Part shown: in pieces, positions 39,265 through 48,910 of the stretch
Layout of the letters: every line of letters starts with the position of its first letter
Numbering within the stretch: the stretch's first letter is position 1
NCBI GenBank assembly: GCA_963798795.1
Contig: CAWCUZ010000001.1
Coordinates: 1,556,099 to 1,620,098, forward strand
Reading direction: 5' to 3'
DNA length: 64,000 bases
From: an uncultured Acidobacteriota bacterium
GTDB taxonomy: Bacteria; Acidobacteriota; Vicinamibacteria; Vicinamibacterales; SCN-69-37
Position numbers and translations under genes: made by a program
Notes under the pieces: generated by a model
Seen by the model: the letters and a program-made list of their open reading frames with translations, nothing else
Told to the model about the DNA's origin: nothing
The model's database searches: none

Positions 39265-40175
39265 GGTCGGCCCCGTGTCTGACCCCAGGCCCGCACGGTG
39301 AGCACCGGCTGCCGCGCCAGTCGGATGACGCGGTGCGCCGTCGAGCCGAGCACGACGAGACTGGCGGCGTTGCGGCCGCGAAGGCCGAACACGATGAGGT
39401 CGGCACGGCGGGCATCGGCTGCCCGCAGGATTTCGTCCGCCGGCCGGCCGATGGCGACGACCTCTTCCGTGCGGCACTCGATGAGCGGAAGGACGGCCTC
39501 GCGAAGCCGTCGGGCGGCGTCGTGCTCCAGGCTGTGCTGCAGTTCGCGCATCGCCGGCGGCTGCAGCTCGCGGGATGGATCGCCGAACGGCCACTCCACC
39601 ACGTGCAGCGCGACGAGCGTGGCGCCGACGTCGCCCGAGAACGTGCAGGCGAACCGCACGCCGTCGGCCGCGGCGGCCGAAAAATCCGTCGCGGCCACGA
39701 TGGTGCGGAACCCCACGCCCGGCGCGCCAATCGGGCCGGCCTCGTGCGGCGGAATGGTCAGCACCGGGCACGGCGCCTTGTGCAGGATCTTCTCGGTGAC
39801 CGAGCCCAGCACCAGCCGCTCGAACCCGCTGCGGCCGTGCGTGCCCATCACGAGCAGGTCGGCGCGCAACTCCTCCGCCTCGCGCAGAATCTCGGGCACG
39901 ACCTGGCCTTCGACGAGCCGCGCGTCCACCGTTGGCGTGCCGGCGGCATCGCGCGCGAATCGTTCGAGATCGGTCTGCACGTCGTGGCGCGCCTCGGGCG
40001 TGAGGCAGTAGACCGGGGACGCCGTGCCTGGTACGGGCGGCATGGCGGTATCGACCACCTCGAGCACCCGCAGCCGTGCGTGGTAGCGGCTTGCCAGCGC
40101 CGCCGCGTACTCCAGGGCGCGCCGCGACATCGGCGAGCGATCGACCGGACAGAGGATGTTCGCAATGTTCGGCAC
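39255..40175 (-). CDS. Tandem universal stress protein
   Basis: ILCPVD...DLLVMGTHGRSG...LGSVTE; IVAATDFS...DLIVFG...LGSTA. Confidence 0.9.
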   Translation of the reverse strand: MPNIANILCPVDRSPMSRRALEYAAALASRYHARLRVLEVVDTAMPPVPGTASPVYCLTPEARHDVQTDLERFARDAAGTPTVDARLVEGQVVPEILREAEELRADLLVMGTHGRSGFERLVLGSVTEKILHKAPCPVLTIPPHEAGPIGAPGVGFRTIVAATDFSAAAADGVRFACTFSGDVGATLVALHVVEWPFGDPSRELQPPAMRELQHSLEHDAARRLREAVLPLIECRTEEVVAIGRPADEILRAADARRADLIVFGLRGRNAASLVVLGSTAHRVIRLARQPVLTVRAWGQTRGRPQA

Positions 40176-40194
40176 GACGCCCCTCTGCGGGCGA

Positions 40195-41460
40195 TTATGC
40201 CCGATGCGGGCGGACACGGTGCAGGAGGCTGCGCATCCACGGGCGCCGGGCGGCGCCCTTCGGTTTCATGCGGCGCGCGAAGATCGGGCGCGCCGCCCAT
40301 TTCACCGTGCGCCGGTACGCCTCGTACGCATAGAACCCGCCGGTGTGCGCCGCCAGCATCGCGGCATCGTCCGGATTGACGACGATGCTGACTTCGATGT
40401 TCGGCGCGGCGCCAATCGGCAGCCAGTGCCGGCGGCACGCGTCGTAGACGTGCGTCATGACCCGGCGCATGTCCTCGTAGGATGGCGGCAACCAGTCCTC
40501 CATGTCGCACCCGACCGTCGGCCGGAAGATGCACACCGTGGGAAACGCGCCCAGGTCGGTGATGTAGTCGATCGCCGCGAGCGTCTGCTCGATCGGCTCG
40601 ATGCCCGCGATGATCTCGCCCGACACCGCGCCGTGCGGCATGCGCTTGGCGCAGTACTCCATCGCGCGGAAGAACAGGTCCTGGCTGAGCATCCGCGCCT
40701 TGCCCGGACACACCCGCGCGAACCATTCGGGGTCGAACAGCTCCACGCAGAACGACACGTGATCCACCCCGGCGTCGATCAGCCGGTCGTAGTGGCTGAA
40801 GTCCTTCTCGGGCGCGAGCTGCACGCCGACGAGCAGCCCGACCTGTTCCTTGATGGCGCGGACGTACGGCTCGGTGAACGCGATGCCGCGCGACCCCTGG
40901 AACCCGCCGTTCAGGTGCACGAAGGTGATGCCCGACTCGTCGCGCGCGGCCCGGCACGTCTCGACGACGTCCTCGATCGTCTTGTCGGCCGCTTCGGCCA
41001 CGCCCACGTTCTGGCCGGTCGTGCAGAACTGGCAGTTGAGCGCCGGGTTGTAGTTCCAGAACGCGCACGTCATGTTGACGTAGATGCCGAGATACGTCCC
41101 CTGCAGCACGCCGACGCGGCTCATCGGCACGCCCGACGTCGTCGTCCGGCCGTACCAGGACGGCTCGGACGGCAGGCGGATCGGAAAACGCGTCGCCGTC
41201 CGCTCGTCGATGACGACGTAGCCTCGTCCGGGCGACCCGGCCAGGCGGTACGGAGACGAGGCGACGAACGGCTCGACGACCGGCACGTTCACCCAGACCT
41301 CGTCCTTCAGCCACGAGCCGGTCGGCAGCACGATCTCGAGTCCCGACCCCAGACCGGCGCGGGTGCGCGACACGCCGCGGGCTCCGTCGAGGGCCACCTC
41401 ATCCGGGACCCGCATGCCCTTGCAGAGCAGATCGATCTCCAGTTCGCACGCGTTGAACAT
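40195..41460 (-). CDS. Radical SAM protein with CX10CX2C motif
   Basis: CAFWNYNPALNCQFC; downstream core motifs (CVELFD, PGK, EIIAGIE, FRPTVG). Confidence 0.8.
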   Translation of the reverse strand: MFNACELEIDLLCKGMRVPDEVALDGARGVSRTRAGLGSGLEIVLPTGSWLKDEVWVNVPVVEPFVASSPYRLAGSPGRGYVVIDERTATRFPIRLPSEPSWYGRTTTSGVPMSRVGVLQGTYLGIYVNMTCAFWNYNPALNCQFCTTGQNVGVAEAADKTIEDVVETCRAARDESGITFVHLNGGFQGSRGIAFTEPYVRAIKEQVGLLVGVQLAPEKDFSHYDRLIDAGVDHVSFCVELFDPEWFARVCPGKARMLSQDLFFRAMEYCAKRMPHGAVSGEIIAGIEPIEQTLAAIDYITDLGAFPTVCIFRPTVGCDMEDWLPPSYEDMRRVMTHVYDACRRHWLPIGAAPNIEVSIVVNPDDAAMLAAHTGGFYAYEAYRRTVKWAARPIFARRMKPKGAARRPWMRSLLHRVRPHRA

Positions 41461-41581
41461 GGCGGCGGTCGAGGATTCAAGAAGCAGGCCGGGCGGATTG
41501 GCGGGAAATGGCGCGTCGCGGCTCCGTGGCTCGTCGAGAATCCCGCGGTGGGTGGGCAAATCTCCGCATCCGAATCCGAAT

Positions 41582-41611
41582 GGCGCGCGGGGGCTTCAGA
41601 CCCCGGGGGGC
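41582..41611. repeat. REP-like hairpin
   Basis: gcgcgggggcttcagaccccggg. Confidence 0.5.
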
Positions 41612-41622
41612 GATCCGGGTCG

Positions 41623-41730
41623 GTTCAGAGGTACAGGGTTCAGAGGTTCGGTCCCGGGTTCGGAGTTCCGGGTTCGCGAACGGCTGAACCTCGAACCCGG
41701 AACCGAACCTCTGAACCCTGAACCCTGAAC
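41623..41730. repeat. 108-bp imperfect palindrome of GGTTC/GAACC repeats
   Basis: Two 54-bp arms centred at 41676/41677; shares CCGGGTTCGGAGTTC with 34011-34025. Confidence 0.85.
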
Positions 41731-41748
41731 GGTACAATCGCCAGAACC

Positions 41749-42486
41749 ATGTTCCATCGAGTCCAGGTCGTCGGCCGCGGCCGGGTGGGCGCGGCGCTGG
41801 CCGGCCGCCTCCACGAGCGCGGCATCGAGGTCGTCGACGGCACAGCCCGCATCGACCTCGTTCTCCTCTGCGTGCCGGACGCCGCGATTGCCGAGGTCGC
41901 GGTCGCCGTGCCCGTCGGCCCGTGGGTGGCCCACGTGAGCGGCGCGACGCCGCTCGCCGCGCTGGCCCCGCACGCGCGCCGCTTCGGCCTGCATCCCCTC
42001 CAGACGTTCACGCTCGCGCGCGGCGCGGAACAAATCGACGGCGCCTGGGCCGCCGTCACGGGCGAGTCTCCCGAAGCGCTCACCCGCGGCCGCTGGCTCG
42101 CGACGACCCTCGGACTCGAGCCGTTCGATCTGCGCGACGACGCGCGTGCGCTGTACCACGCGGGCGCGGCAGTGGCGTCGAACTACCTCGTGACGCTCTA
42201 CCGCACGGCCGCGCATCTCCTCTCGCTCGCCGGCGCGCCGGCCGAAGCGCTGGTTCCGCTGATGCGCCGCACGATCGAGAATGGTTTCGATCTCACCGGT
42301 CCCATCGCGCGCGGCGACGCGGCCACCGTGGCTGCGCATCGCTTGGCGCTTCGCTCACACGCGCCCGAACTGCTCGCGCTGTACGACGCGCTCGCGGACG
42401 CGACCAGAGTAGATGGAGAGCCGGGTCTTCAGACCCGGCGTGATCAGCCGGGTCTGAAGAGCCGGCCCACCACCGGCGAACGATGA
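41749..42486 (+). CDS. Rossmann-like/DUF2520 protein (likely PanG-type ketopantoate reductase)
   Basis: VGRGRVG, LCVPDAAI, HVSGA, HPLQTF, YHA....ASN, LTGPIARGD; next to panC and panB. Confidence 0.8.
   Translation: MFHRVQVVGRGRVGAALAGRLHERGIEVVDGTARIDLVLLCVPDAAIAEVAVAVPVGPWVAHVSGATPLAALAPHARRFGLHPLQTFTLARGAEQIDGAWAAVTGESPEALTRGRWLATTLGLEPFDLRDDARALYHAGAAVASNYLVTLYRTAAHLLSLAGAPAEALVPLMRRTIENGFDLTGPIARGDAATVAAHRLALRSHAPELLALYDALADATRVDGEPGLQTRRDQPGLKSRPTTGER
42414..42468. repeat. REP doublet within the 3' end of the DUF2520 gene
   Basis: GGAG agccgggtcttcagacccggc ... gccgggtctgaagagccggc. Confidence 0.7.
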
Positions 42487-43319
42487 TCACGATCCGGACC
42501 ATCGCTGAAATGCGCGCGGCCCTGGCGGCCCGCCGCCATGCGACCCTCGGCTTCGTGCCGACGATGGGCGCGCTGCACGCCGGACACGTGGCGCTGTTCG
42601 ACGCCGCGCGCCAGCAATCCGGCGTGGTCGTCGCGAGCGTATTCGTCAACCCGGCGCAGTTCGGCGACGCGGCCGACCTGGCGGTGTATCCACGGGCCGG
42701 TGCCCGCGATGCGGCCATCGCCGCCGACGCGGGGGTGAACGTGCTGTTCGTACCGGACGTCGACGAGATGTATCCGCCGGGATTCGCGACCTGGGTCGAG
42801 CCGCGGGGCGCCGCGCTCGGTCTCGAGGGCGCGTTCCGGCCAGGCCATTTCCGCGGCGTCGCCACCGTCTGTCTGAAGCTCTTCTCGATCGTTCAGCCGG
42901 ACGTCGCCTACTTCGGCCAGAAGGACGCGCAGCAGGTGGCCGTCATCCAGCAGCTCGCGCGCGACCTGGCGCTGCCGCTGGCCATTCGCGTCGTGCCGAC
43001 GGTGCGCGATCCCGATGGCCTCGCGCTGTCGTCCCGGAACGCGCGGCTGTCGGCCGAGGAACGGCGGCGCGCGCTGGCGATCCCGTGCGCGCTCGAGGCC
43101 GGCGTGGCGGCCCACCGCCTCGGCGAGGACCCGGAAGCCGCCGCGCGCAAGGTCCTGGCCGGCGCCGACGTCGACGTCGAGTACGTCACGGTCGCCGCAT
43201 GGGCCGACGCGCCGACGCTGGCGATTGCCGCCCGCGTGGGTGCCACCCGGCTCATCGACAACGCCGTGCTCGAGCTGGCGCCCGGCGACGGCGAGGCTTA
43301 CTATCGACGGGAGCGCTGA
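42483..43319 (+). CDS. panC: Pantoate--beta-alanine ligase
   Basis: FVPTMGALHAGH, SVFVNPAQF, RPGHFRGV, FGQKDAQQ, DGLALSSRN, RLIDN. Confidence 0.96.
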   Translation: MITIRTIAEMRAALAARRHATLGFVPTMGALHAGHVALFDAARQQSGVVVASVFVNPAQFGDAADLAVYPRAGARDAAIAADAGVNVLFVPDVDEMYPPGFATWVEPRGAALGLEGAFRPGHFRGVATVCLKLFSIVQPDVAYFGQKDAQQVAVIQQLARDLALPLAIRVVPTVRDPDGLALSSRNARLSAEERRRALAIPCALEAGVAAHRLGEDPEAAARKVLAGADVDVEYVTVAAWADAPTLAIAARVGATRLIDNAVLELAPGDGEAYYRRER

Positions 43320-43423
43320 AATGAGCACGGGGCTGTCCCCGAACGTCAGGGACTGACCCGGTGGCCGGGTCGGTGCGATCGGTCGGTGCGATCGGATCGA
43401 CGTGAGCAACAGCGACGCGACTG

Positions 43424-44260
43424 ATGAGCAGCAACATGCACGGCAAGCTCACCCTCACCGATCTGGCCGCCATGAAGGCGGGCGGCCGCCGCATCGCCAT
43501 GCTCACTGCGTACGACGCGCCCGGCGCGCGCCTCGCCGAGGCCGCCGGACTCGACGTCCTGCTCGTCGGCGACTCGGCCGCAATGACGGTGCTCGGCCAC
43601 ACGTCGACGCTGCCGATCACCCTCGACGAGATGCTGCTCCTCACCCGCGCCGTCGCGCGGGGCGCGCAGCGGCCGCTCATCGTCTCGGACATGCCCTTCG
43701 GCTCGTTTCAGGTCTCGGATGCCGACACGGTCGCGAACGCCGTCCGCCTGATCAAGAATGGCGGCGCGGACGCCGTGAAACTCGAAGGCGCCGGGCCGAT
43801 GCTGTCGCGCGTTCGCGCGCTCGGCGACGCCGGCATCCCCGTCATGGGCCACGTCGGCCTCACGCCGCAGTCGGCCACCCAGCTCGGCGGCTACCGGGCC
43901 CGGGGCCGCACGGCGCCCGAGGCGCACAAGCTCATGGACGACGCCGCGGCGCTGCAGGCGGCCGGGTGCTTTGCCGTCGTCCTCGAGGCGATGCCGGCGG
44001 CAGTGGCCGAGCGCATCACCGCGGCGCTGCGCGTGCCGACGATCGGCATCGGCGCCGGCGCCGGCTGCGACGGGCAGGTCCTCGTCTGGCACGACCTGCT
44101 CGGCCTCACCCCCGGCCACCTGCCGCGCTTCGTGAAGCAGTACGCGGACCTCGCGCACACGACCCTCGCCGCGCTCGAGGCGTACGTCGCCGACGTGCGC
44201 GCCGGACGCTTTCCCGAGGCCAAGCACGAATACGCGATGAAAGACGGCGAAGCGCTGTGA
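43424..44260 (+). CDS. panB: 3-methyl-2-oxobutanoate hydroxymethyltransferase
   Basis: MLTAYD, LLVGDS, DMPFGS, VKLEG, GHVGLTPQS, TIGIGAG..CDGQVLV. Confidence 0.96.
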   Translation: MSSNMHGKLTLTDLAAMKAGGRRIAMLTAYDAPGARLAEAAGLDVLLVGDSAAMTVLGHTSTLPITLDEMLLLTRAVARGAQRPLIVSDMPFGSFQVSDADTVANAVRLIKNGGADAVKLEGAGPMLSRVRALGDAGIPVMGHVGLTPQSATQLGGYRARGRTAPEAHKLMDDAAALQAAGCFAVVLEAMPAAVAERITAALRVPTIGIGAGAGCDGQVLVWHDLLGLTPGHLPRFVKQYADLAHTTLAALEAYVADVRAGRFPEAKHEYAMKDGEAL

Positions 44261-44270
44261 TGTGACGTGA

Positions 44271-44297
44271 CGGAGCGCCGGGGCTTCAGACCCGGCT
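44271..44297. repeat. REP-like hairpin, possibly acting as terminator between convergent genes
   Basis: GGAG cgccggggcttcagacccggc. Confidence 0.6.
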
Positions 44298-44298
44298 G

Positions 44299-46401
44299 CT
44301 AGGTCAGCGTCACCGGCAGCTTCGTGGCGACGGAGCCGAACGCGCGCGCGGCGCTGCCGATGGCGGGCGCCACGCACACGATGGGCGTTTCGCCGGCGCC
44401 GGCGGACGGCAGGTCCTTGCGGTCGAGCAGCACGACCTCGATGGGCGGGACGTCCTTGAAGCGCGGCACGCGGTACTGCGCCATCGTGCCGTTGAGGATC
44501 TGGCCGTCGGCGAACTCGACCGCTTCGAAGAGCGCGCCGCCGAGGCCCATGATCGCCGCGCCCTCCACCTGGTTGCGCAGGCCGTCGGGATTCACGATGG
44601 CGCCGCACTCGAACACCACGACGAGCCGCTCGACGGCGAATCCGTCCGGCGTCTTCGACAACTCCGCGGCCGTGGCGACGTAGCCGCCCTTTTCGAGGCC
44701 GCAGGCGATGCCGAGCGCCCGCCCCGTCGCCGGCGCCCGGGGCCAGCCCGCGTGTTCCGCCGCGGCGGTCAGCACCGCGCGCAGCCGGTCGTCGTCGATG
44801 TGCTTCAGCCGGAACTCGACGGCGTCGGCGCCCGCCGCGCGCGCCATCGCGTCCATGTGCATCTCGCGCGCGTAGTGATTGGCCGTCGCCGCGAGGCCGC
44901 GGTAGGAGCCCTGTCGCAGCGGCGAGTCCGACTGATGGAACGCCTCGCGCGTGTTCGCCACGACGTACGGCGTGTTCAGGCCGGAGCCGCCCGAGTTGTA
45001 GTTGTCGAACTCCCAAAACGTCAGCCGTCCGCCCCCGTCGATGCCGGCCGCGACGTCGATCACGCCGGCCGGGCGGAAGTAGCCCCACCAGAATTCCTCG
45101 GCGCGCGTGTAGACGAGCTTGACCGGTCGTCCCGCCGCCTTGGCGAGCCGCGCGGCTTCGACGGCGCACTCCCCCGTGTGCTTGCCGCCGTACCCGGACC
45201 CCATGTCGGGAACGATGACCCGCACCTGATCCTCTGAGAGATGAAACGCGCTGGCCAGCTCGCCGCGCACGCCGAACGGCCGCTGCGTGCCGGTCCAGAC
45301 GGTGAGCTTGCCGTCCGACCACTCGGCCACGGCCGAGCGCGGCTCGAGCGGCACGTGGGCGATGTACGGAATCTCATACGTCGCGTCGAGCGTGCGCGCC
45401 GATTTCGCCCGCGCCGACGTCGTGTCGCCGTTCGCGCGCGGCGACGACCGCGACGCCGTCTTTCTGAGATGGTCGTACACGGTGTCGGACGACGGCAGGC
45501 CCGTCGGCATCTTCCAGCGGACGTTGAGGCCGCTCGCCGCCTGCCGGGCGACGCGCTCGTTCGGCGCGACGACGCCCAGGAACTCGCCGTCGCGGACCAC
45601 GCTCACGCCCGCCATCCCGCGCGTCTTCGCGTCGTCGACCGACTGGATGGTGGCGCCGTAGGCCGCCGGCCGGACGATGCGGCCCATGAGCACGCCCTCG
45701 CGCTGCACGTCCGGCGTGTAGGCGTGCTGCCCGGTCACGATCTCGCGGCCGTTGACCTTGTGCGCGGGCCGGCCCCGGACGGTCCATTCAGACGCTGGCT
45801 CGACCTCCACGCCGGCCGGGACGACGCCGGTCAGCTTCTGGCCGCGGGTCAGCTCGCCGTACGCGATCGATCGGCCGCCAACATCGACAATGTGACCATC
45901 CTTCGCGTGCAGGCCGGCCGCCGGAACCCGCCACTGCGCCGCGGCCTGCTCGATCAGCATCCGCCGCGCGGCGGCCGCCGCGCGCGCCAGCACCGGCGCC
46001 ATCGTCGGCGTGGTGCGCGAGCCGAACGTGCCCTGGTCGAACGGCGTGAGGTCGGTGTCCGCCATCTCCATCGTGATGGATGGCAGCGCGACTGCCAGCT
46101 CGTCGGCGACGGCCTGCGCCAGTGACGTGCGGATGTTCTGGCCGATCTCGACCTTGCCCGTGTAGACGGTGACGCGGCCGTCTTCGCCGACGTGCAGCCA
46201 CGACGCCAGTTCGCTCGTTGCCGCGCCCCGCCGCTGACCGCCGCGACCGGACTCCTGCGCGTCGACCGGCAGGGCCGCCACGACGATGAGTCCCCCGCCC
46301 ATCGCGGTGAACAGGCGCAGAAAGTCGCGCCGGTCCACTTCGAACCGGTAGCGCGCCGGCTCGGTCAACTCGTAGCGTTCTGGTTCGTAGTTGAAAGACA
46401 T
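44299..46401 (-). CDS. Xanthine dehydrogenase family molybdopterin-binding subunit (IorB-like)
   Basis: Tat-like RRDFL; KVEIGQ, GTFGS, HVPLEP, GSGYGGK, NQVEG, GAGE. Confidence 0.9.
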   Translation of the reverse strand: MSFNYEPERYELTEPARYRFEVDRRDFLRLFTAMGGGLIVVAALPVDAQESGRGGQRRGAATSELASWLHVGEDGRVTVYTGKVEIGQNIRTSLAQAVADELAVALPSITMEMADTDLTPFDQGTFGSRTTPTMAPVLARAAAAARRMLIEQAAAQWRVPAAGLHAKDGHIVDVGGRSIAYGELTRGQKLTGVVPAGVEVEPASEWTVRGRPAHKVNGREIVTGQHAYTPDVQREGVLMGRIVRPAAYGATIQSVDDAKTRGMAGVSVVRDGEFLGVVAPNERVARQAASGLNVRWKMPTGLPSSDTVYDHLRKTASRSSPRANGDTTSARAKSARTLDATYEIPYIAHVPLEPRSAVAEWSDGKLTVWTGTQRPFGVRGELASAFHLSEDQVRVIVPDMGSGYGGKHTGECAVEAARLAKAAGRPVKLVYTRAEEFWWGYFRPAGVIDVAAGIDGGGRLTFWEFDNYNSGGSGLNTPYVVANTREAFHQSDSPLRQGSYRGLAATANHYAREMHMDAMARAAGADAVEFRLKHIDDDRLRAVLTAAAEHAGWPRAPATGRALGIACGLEKGGYVATAAELSKTPDGFAVERLVVVFECGAIVNPDGLRNQVEGAAIMGLGGALFEAVEFADGQILNGTMAQYRVPRFKDVPPIEVVLLDRKDLPSAGAGETPIVCVAPAIGSAARAFGSVATKLPVTLT

Positions 46402-46404
46402 GAT

Positions 46405-46429
46405 GAAGGCAGAAGGCAGAAGGCAGAAG
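46405..46429. repeat. Heptamer repeat (GAAGGCA)x3
   Basis: Fills the intergenic gap between the Fe-S and Mo subunits. Confidence 0.75.
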
Positions 46430-46900
46430 TCAGGGGCCCGATGTCGCGTTGCTGACCTTGCGAATCGCCGCGACGATTCTCGGAAACGTTCCGCATCGGC
46501 AGACGTTGCGATCCATCACACGCGCAATGTCGGCCTCCGTCGGACTCGGATTGTTCTGGAGCAGGCTGATGGCCGCCATCACCATTCCCGGCGTGCAGTA
46601 GCCGCACTGGAAGGCCTCGGCGTCGAGAAACGCCTGCTGCACCGGGTGGAGCTTGCCGCGCACGGACACCGCTTCGATCGTCGTCACGCGCTTGCCGTTG
46701 ACGGCGCCGAGCCGCGTCACGCACGAGCGCGTCGCCTGCCCGTTGACGAGCACGGTGCACGCGCCGCAATACCCCTCGCCGCAGCCGAACTTGCTGCCGG
46801 TGAGGTTCAGCTCGTAGCGGAGGACGGAAAGCAGACTATCGCCGGGCTCACCGGAAACGTGGTGGGTCTGGCCGTTGACTTCGAAGACGAACTCGGCCAT
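46430..46900 (-). CDS. (2Fe-2S)-binding subunit (IorA/CoxS-like)
   Basis: KFGCGEGYCGACTV, QCGYCTPG, CRC. Confidence 0.93.
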   Translation of the reverse strand: MAEFVFEVNGQTHHVSGEPGDSLLSVLRYELNLTGSKFGCGEGYCGACTVLVNGQATRSCVTRLGAVNGKRVTTIEAVSVRGKLHPVQQAFLDAEAFQCGYCTPGMVMAAISLLQNNPSPTEADIARVMDRNVCRCGTFPRIVAAIRKVSNATSGP

Positions 46901-46909
46901 ACGGGCATC

Positions 46910-47704
46910 CTACACCCATACGATCGCGACGGCCCAGACGATGAGCGCCACGCCGGCGGCGCGGCCGACCAGGACGCCGTGCGGCAGGACCTTCTCGACG
47001 AGCACCACGGCCGCGATGACGGCCACCCAGACCAGGTTCATGACGCCCGCGACGAACAGCAGCGCCATCAGGGCCCAGCAGCATCCGAGACAGAACGCGC
47101 CGTGACGCACGCCCATGACGACGGCGCCGCGAACGCCTTCGCGCCACTCAGCCATCAGAAAGCCCATCGGCGACCGGCACTTCTTCAGACACGCCTGCTT
47201 CGCGGGCAGCCACTGGTAGACGCCGGCCACGGCCAGGATGGCGGCCGCCAGGTACGGGCTGGTGCTGGCCATCATCGGCGAGAGCAGCGCGGCTTCGTGC
47301 AGCGCCAGTTGCAGCGCGGCGGCGCCGGCACTGAACAGCGTCCAGACCGCGAGGTAGCCGACCGTGAAGCCGAGCGCGGCCAGGGCGGAGCCACGACCGC
47401 CGCGGCCGCGGTGGACGCCCGTGACCAGCAGAATGGTGGGCGCCGCCGAAGGAAGCATCATCGCCGCCATCATCACGGCCCACATCACGAAGAGGAGAAA
47501 CCACTGCAGCACGGACCAGGCGTGCGGGTCGGGCATGGCCATGTCCATGCCGGGCATGTCCACGCCGGTCATCGTGCCGCCGGCCGCCACGGCGGGCATC
47601 GACGCCGGCATCCGCAGCAGGTAGATCCAGCAGAGGAGCGTCAGCGCGGCCAGCGCCGAGGCGACGAGCGCGCGGTCCCGCCGGAGAAGCCGATCGAGCG
47701 GCAC
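46910..47704 (-). CDS. DUF2182 family metal-binding membrane protein
   Basis: MWAVMMAAMMLPS, YQW..K..CL..C..P, CLGCCWALM....GVMNL. Confidence 0.85.
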   Translation of the reverse strand: MPLDRLLRRDRALVASALAALTLLCWIYLLRMPASMPAVAAGGTMTGVDMPGMDMAMPDPHAWSVLQWFLLFVMWAVMMAAMMLPSAAPTILLVTGVHRGRGGRGSALAALGFTVGYLAVWTLFSAGAAALQLALHEAALLSPMMASTSPYLAAAILAVAGVYQWLPAKQACLKKCRSPMGFLMAEWREGVRGAVVMGVRHGAFCLGCCWALMALLFVAGVMNLVWVAVIAAVVLVEKVLPHGVLVGRAAGVALIVWAVAIVWV

Positions 47705-47705
47705 C

Positions 47706-48323
47706 CTACGTCTGGTTGGTCCAGTTGACCTCGGCGGCCGCCGCGTACCGGTCGGGCCAGTCCATGGCCAGGTCGCCGTACTCCGAGCGCATCGTGGACG
47801 TGGTGGAGACGTGGCCTTCCTTCCAGAAGAACCCGCCGTTCGGATACACGATGTAGACGGTCTTGTCTTCCTTGCTGACCGGGTTCTTCAACGGCGTGAA
47901 CTGCATTTCGGCCACGCCGGGCGCCTTCACCGTCGACCGCACATCGTCGAGGGTGATGTCGATCGGCGTGCGGACGGGACCCTCGAATCGCGCCCACGTC
48001 TTCCCCAGGGCCTCCCACGGCATGCCGCCCAGCTTGCCCGACACGATCGACGTGAAGGCATCGGCTTGTTCGGCCGTGGCCCTGGCGTCGACGAAGAACG
48101 CGGCGTGGCCGTTTCCCTGGTGGATGGCGCCTGGATATTTCATGACGACGAGCGAGCGGACGCCGTCGAGGACGACATTGCCGACGCGTCCGTTCTGCAC
48201 CTGGTACGCGATGACGAACTCGCAGAACCCTTCGTTCGGAAACCCGCCGAACTGGCAGTTGCAGCCGTGCGCGCAACTGCAGGCTTCGAGGCTCTGGGCT
48301 TTGACGCGGTAGGGGATCGGCAT
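47706..48323 (-). CDS. DUF1326 family protein
   Basis: EACSC...C.C.....P..G.C, PGAIHQGNG. Confidence 0.8.
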   Translation of the reverse strand: MPIPYRVKAQSLEACSCAHGCNCQFGGFPNEGFCEFVIAYQVQNGRVGNVVLDGVRSLVVMKYPGAIHQGNGHAAFFVDARATAEQADAFTSIVSGKLGGMPWEALGKTWARFEGPVRTPIDITLDDVRSTVKAPGVAEMQFTPLKNPVSKEDKTVYIVYPNGGFFWKEGHVSTTSTMRSEYGDLAMDWPDRYAAAAEVNWTNQT

Positions 48324-48469
48324 CCGCCAACGCTAGGCAAGCCGGGCGCCAGAGTCAAGAGCCCATGCCGCGGAGTCAATGCGCCGGTCCGCAGCGGTAC
48401 GCCCGAGCAACAGCACGACCTGCCCGAACAACAGCCACGCGGATGGGGTCCAACCGATCAGAGGGCCAG

Positions 48470-48892
48470 ATGGCGAGTCGAGCGGTCCGCGCGTCGCTGG
48501 TCGTGACCTTCGTCACCGCGACCGCGGCGATGACGGTGGGCGCGACGCCGCTCGTGCGCCGCGCCGCGGCGCCAGGATCGATTCCTCACGTCGGCCCTCT
48601 CGACGTCTTCGCGGCCCTCTACGACACCAGCACGTCAACCGCGACGGATCGTGCGACCTGGGGCTCGGCGGCGCGTCGGTTTGCGCGCGCGATACGATCC
48701 GAAGCCGGCGGCCACCTCGACGTCTCGCGCGCGCTGCAGGGCGCGGGCGACGAATACCTCCAGGGCGTCCTGACGCGCCGCGCCCGCTACTTCGACGGCC
48801 CCAGCGGGTCGCCGACCTGGGCCGCGCTGAGCGACTACCGGAAGGCCCACGACCCGCGCGCCGCCGCCTTCCACTTGCCAGCGGCCCACTAA
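48470..48892 (+). CDS. Hypothetical secreted protein
   Basis: GAGGG RBS, signal-like N-terminus; no family recognised. Confidence 0.45.
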   Translation: MASRAVRASLVVTFVTATAAMTVGATPLVRRAAAPGSIPHVGPLDVFAALYDTSTSTATDRATWGSAARRFARAIRSEAGGHLDVSRALQGAGDEYLQGVLTRRARYFDGPSGSPTWAALSDYRKAHDPRAAAFHLPAAH

Positions 48893-48904
48893 TCTGTTAC
48901 AGAT
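48892..48904. promoter_or_regulatory. Palindrome upstream of BlaI (candidate operator)
   Basis: ATCTGT-t-ACAGAT 6 nt before the GTG start. Confidence 0.4.
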
Positions 48905-48910
48905 CGTCAC

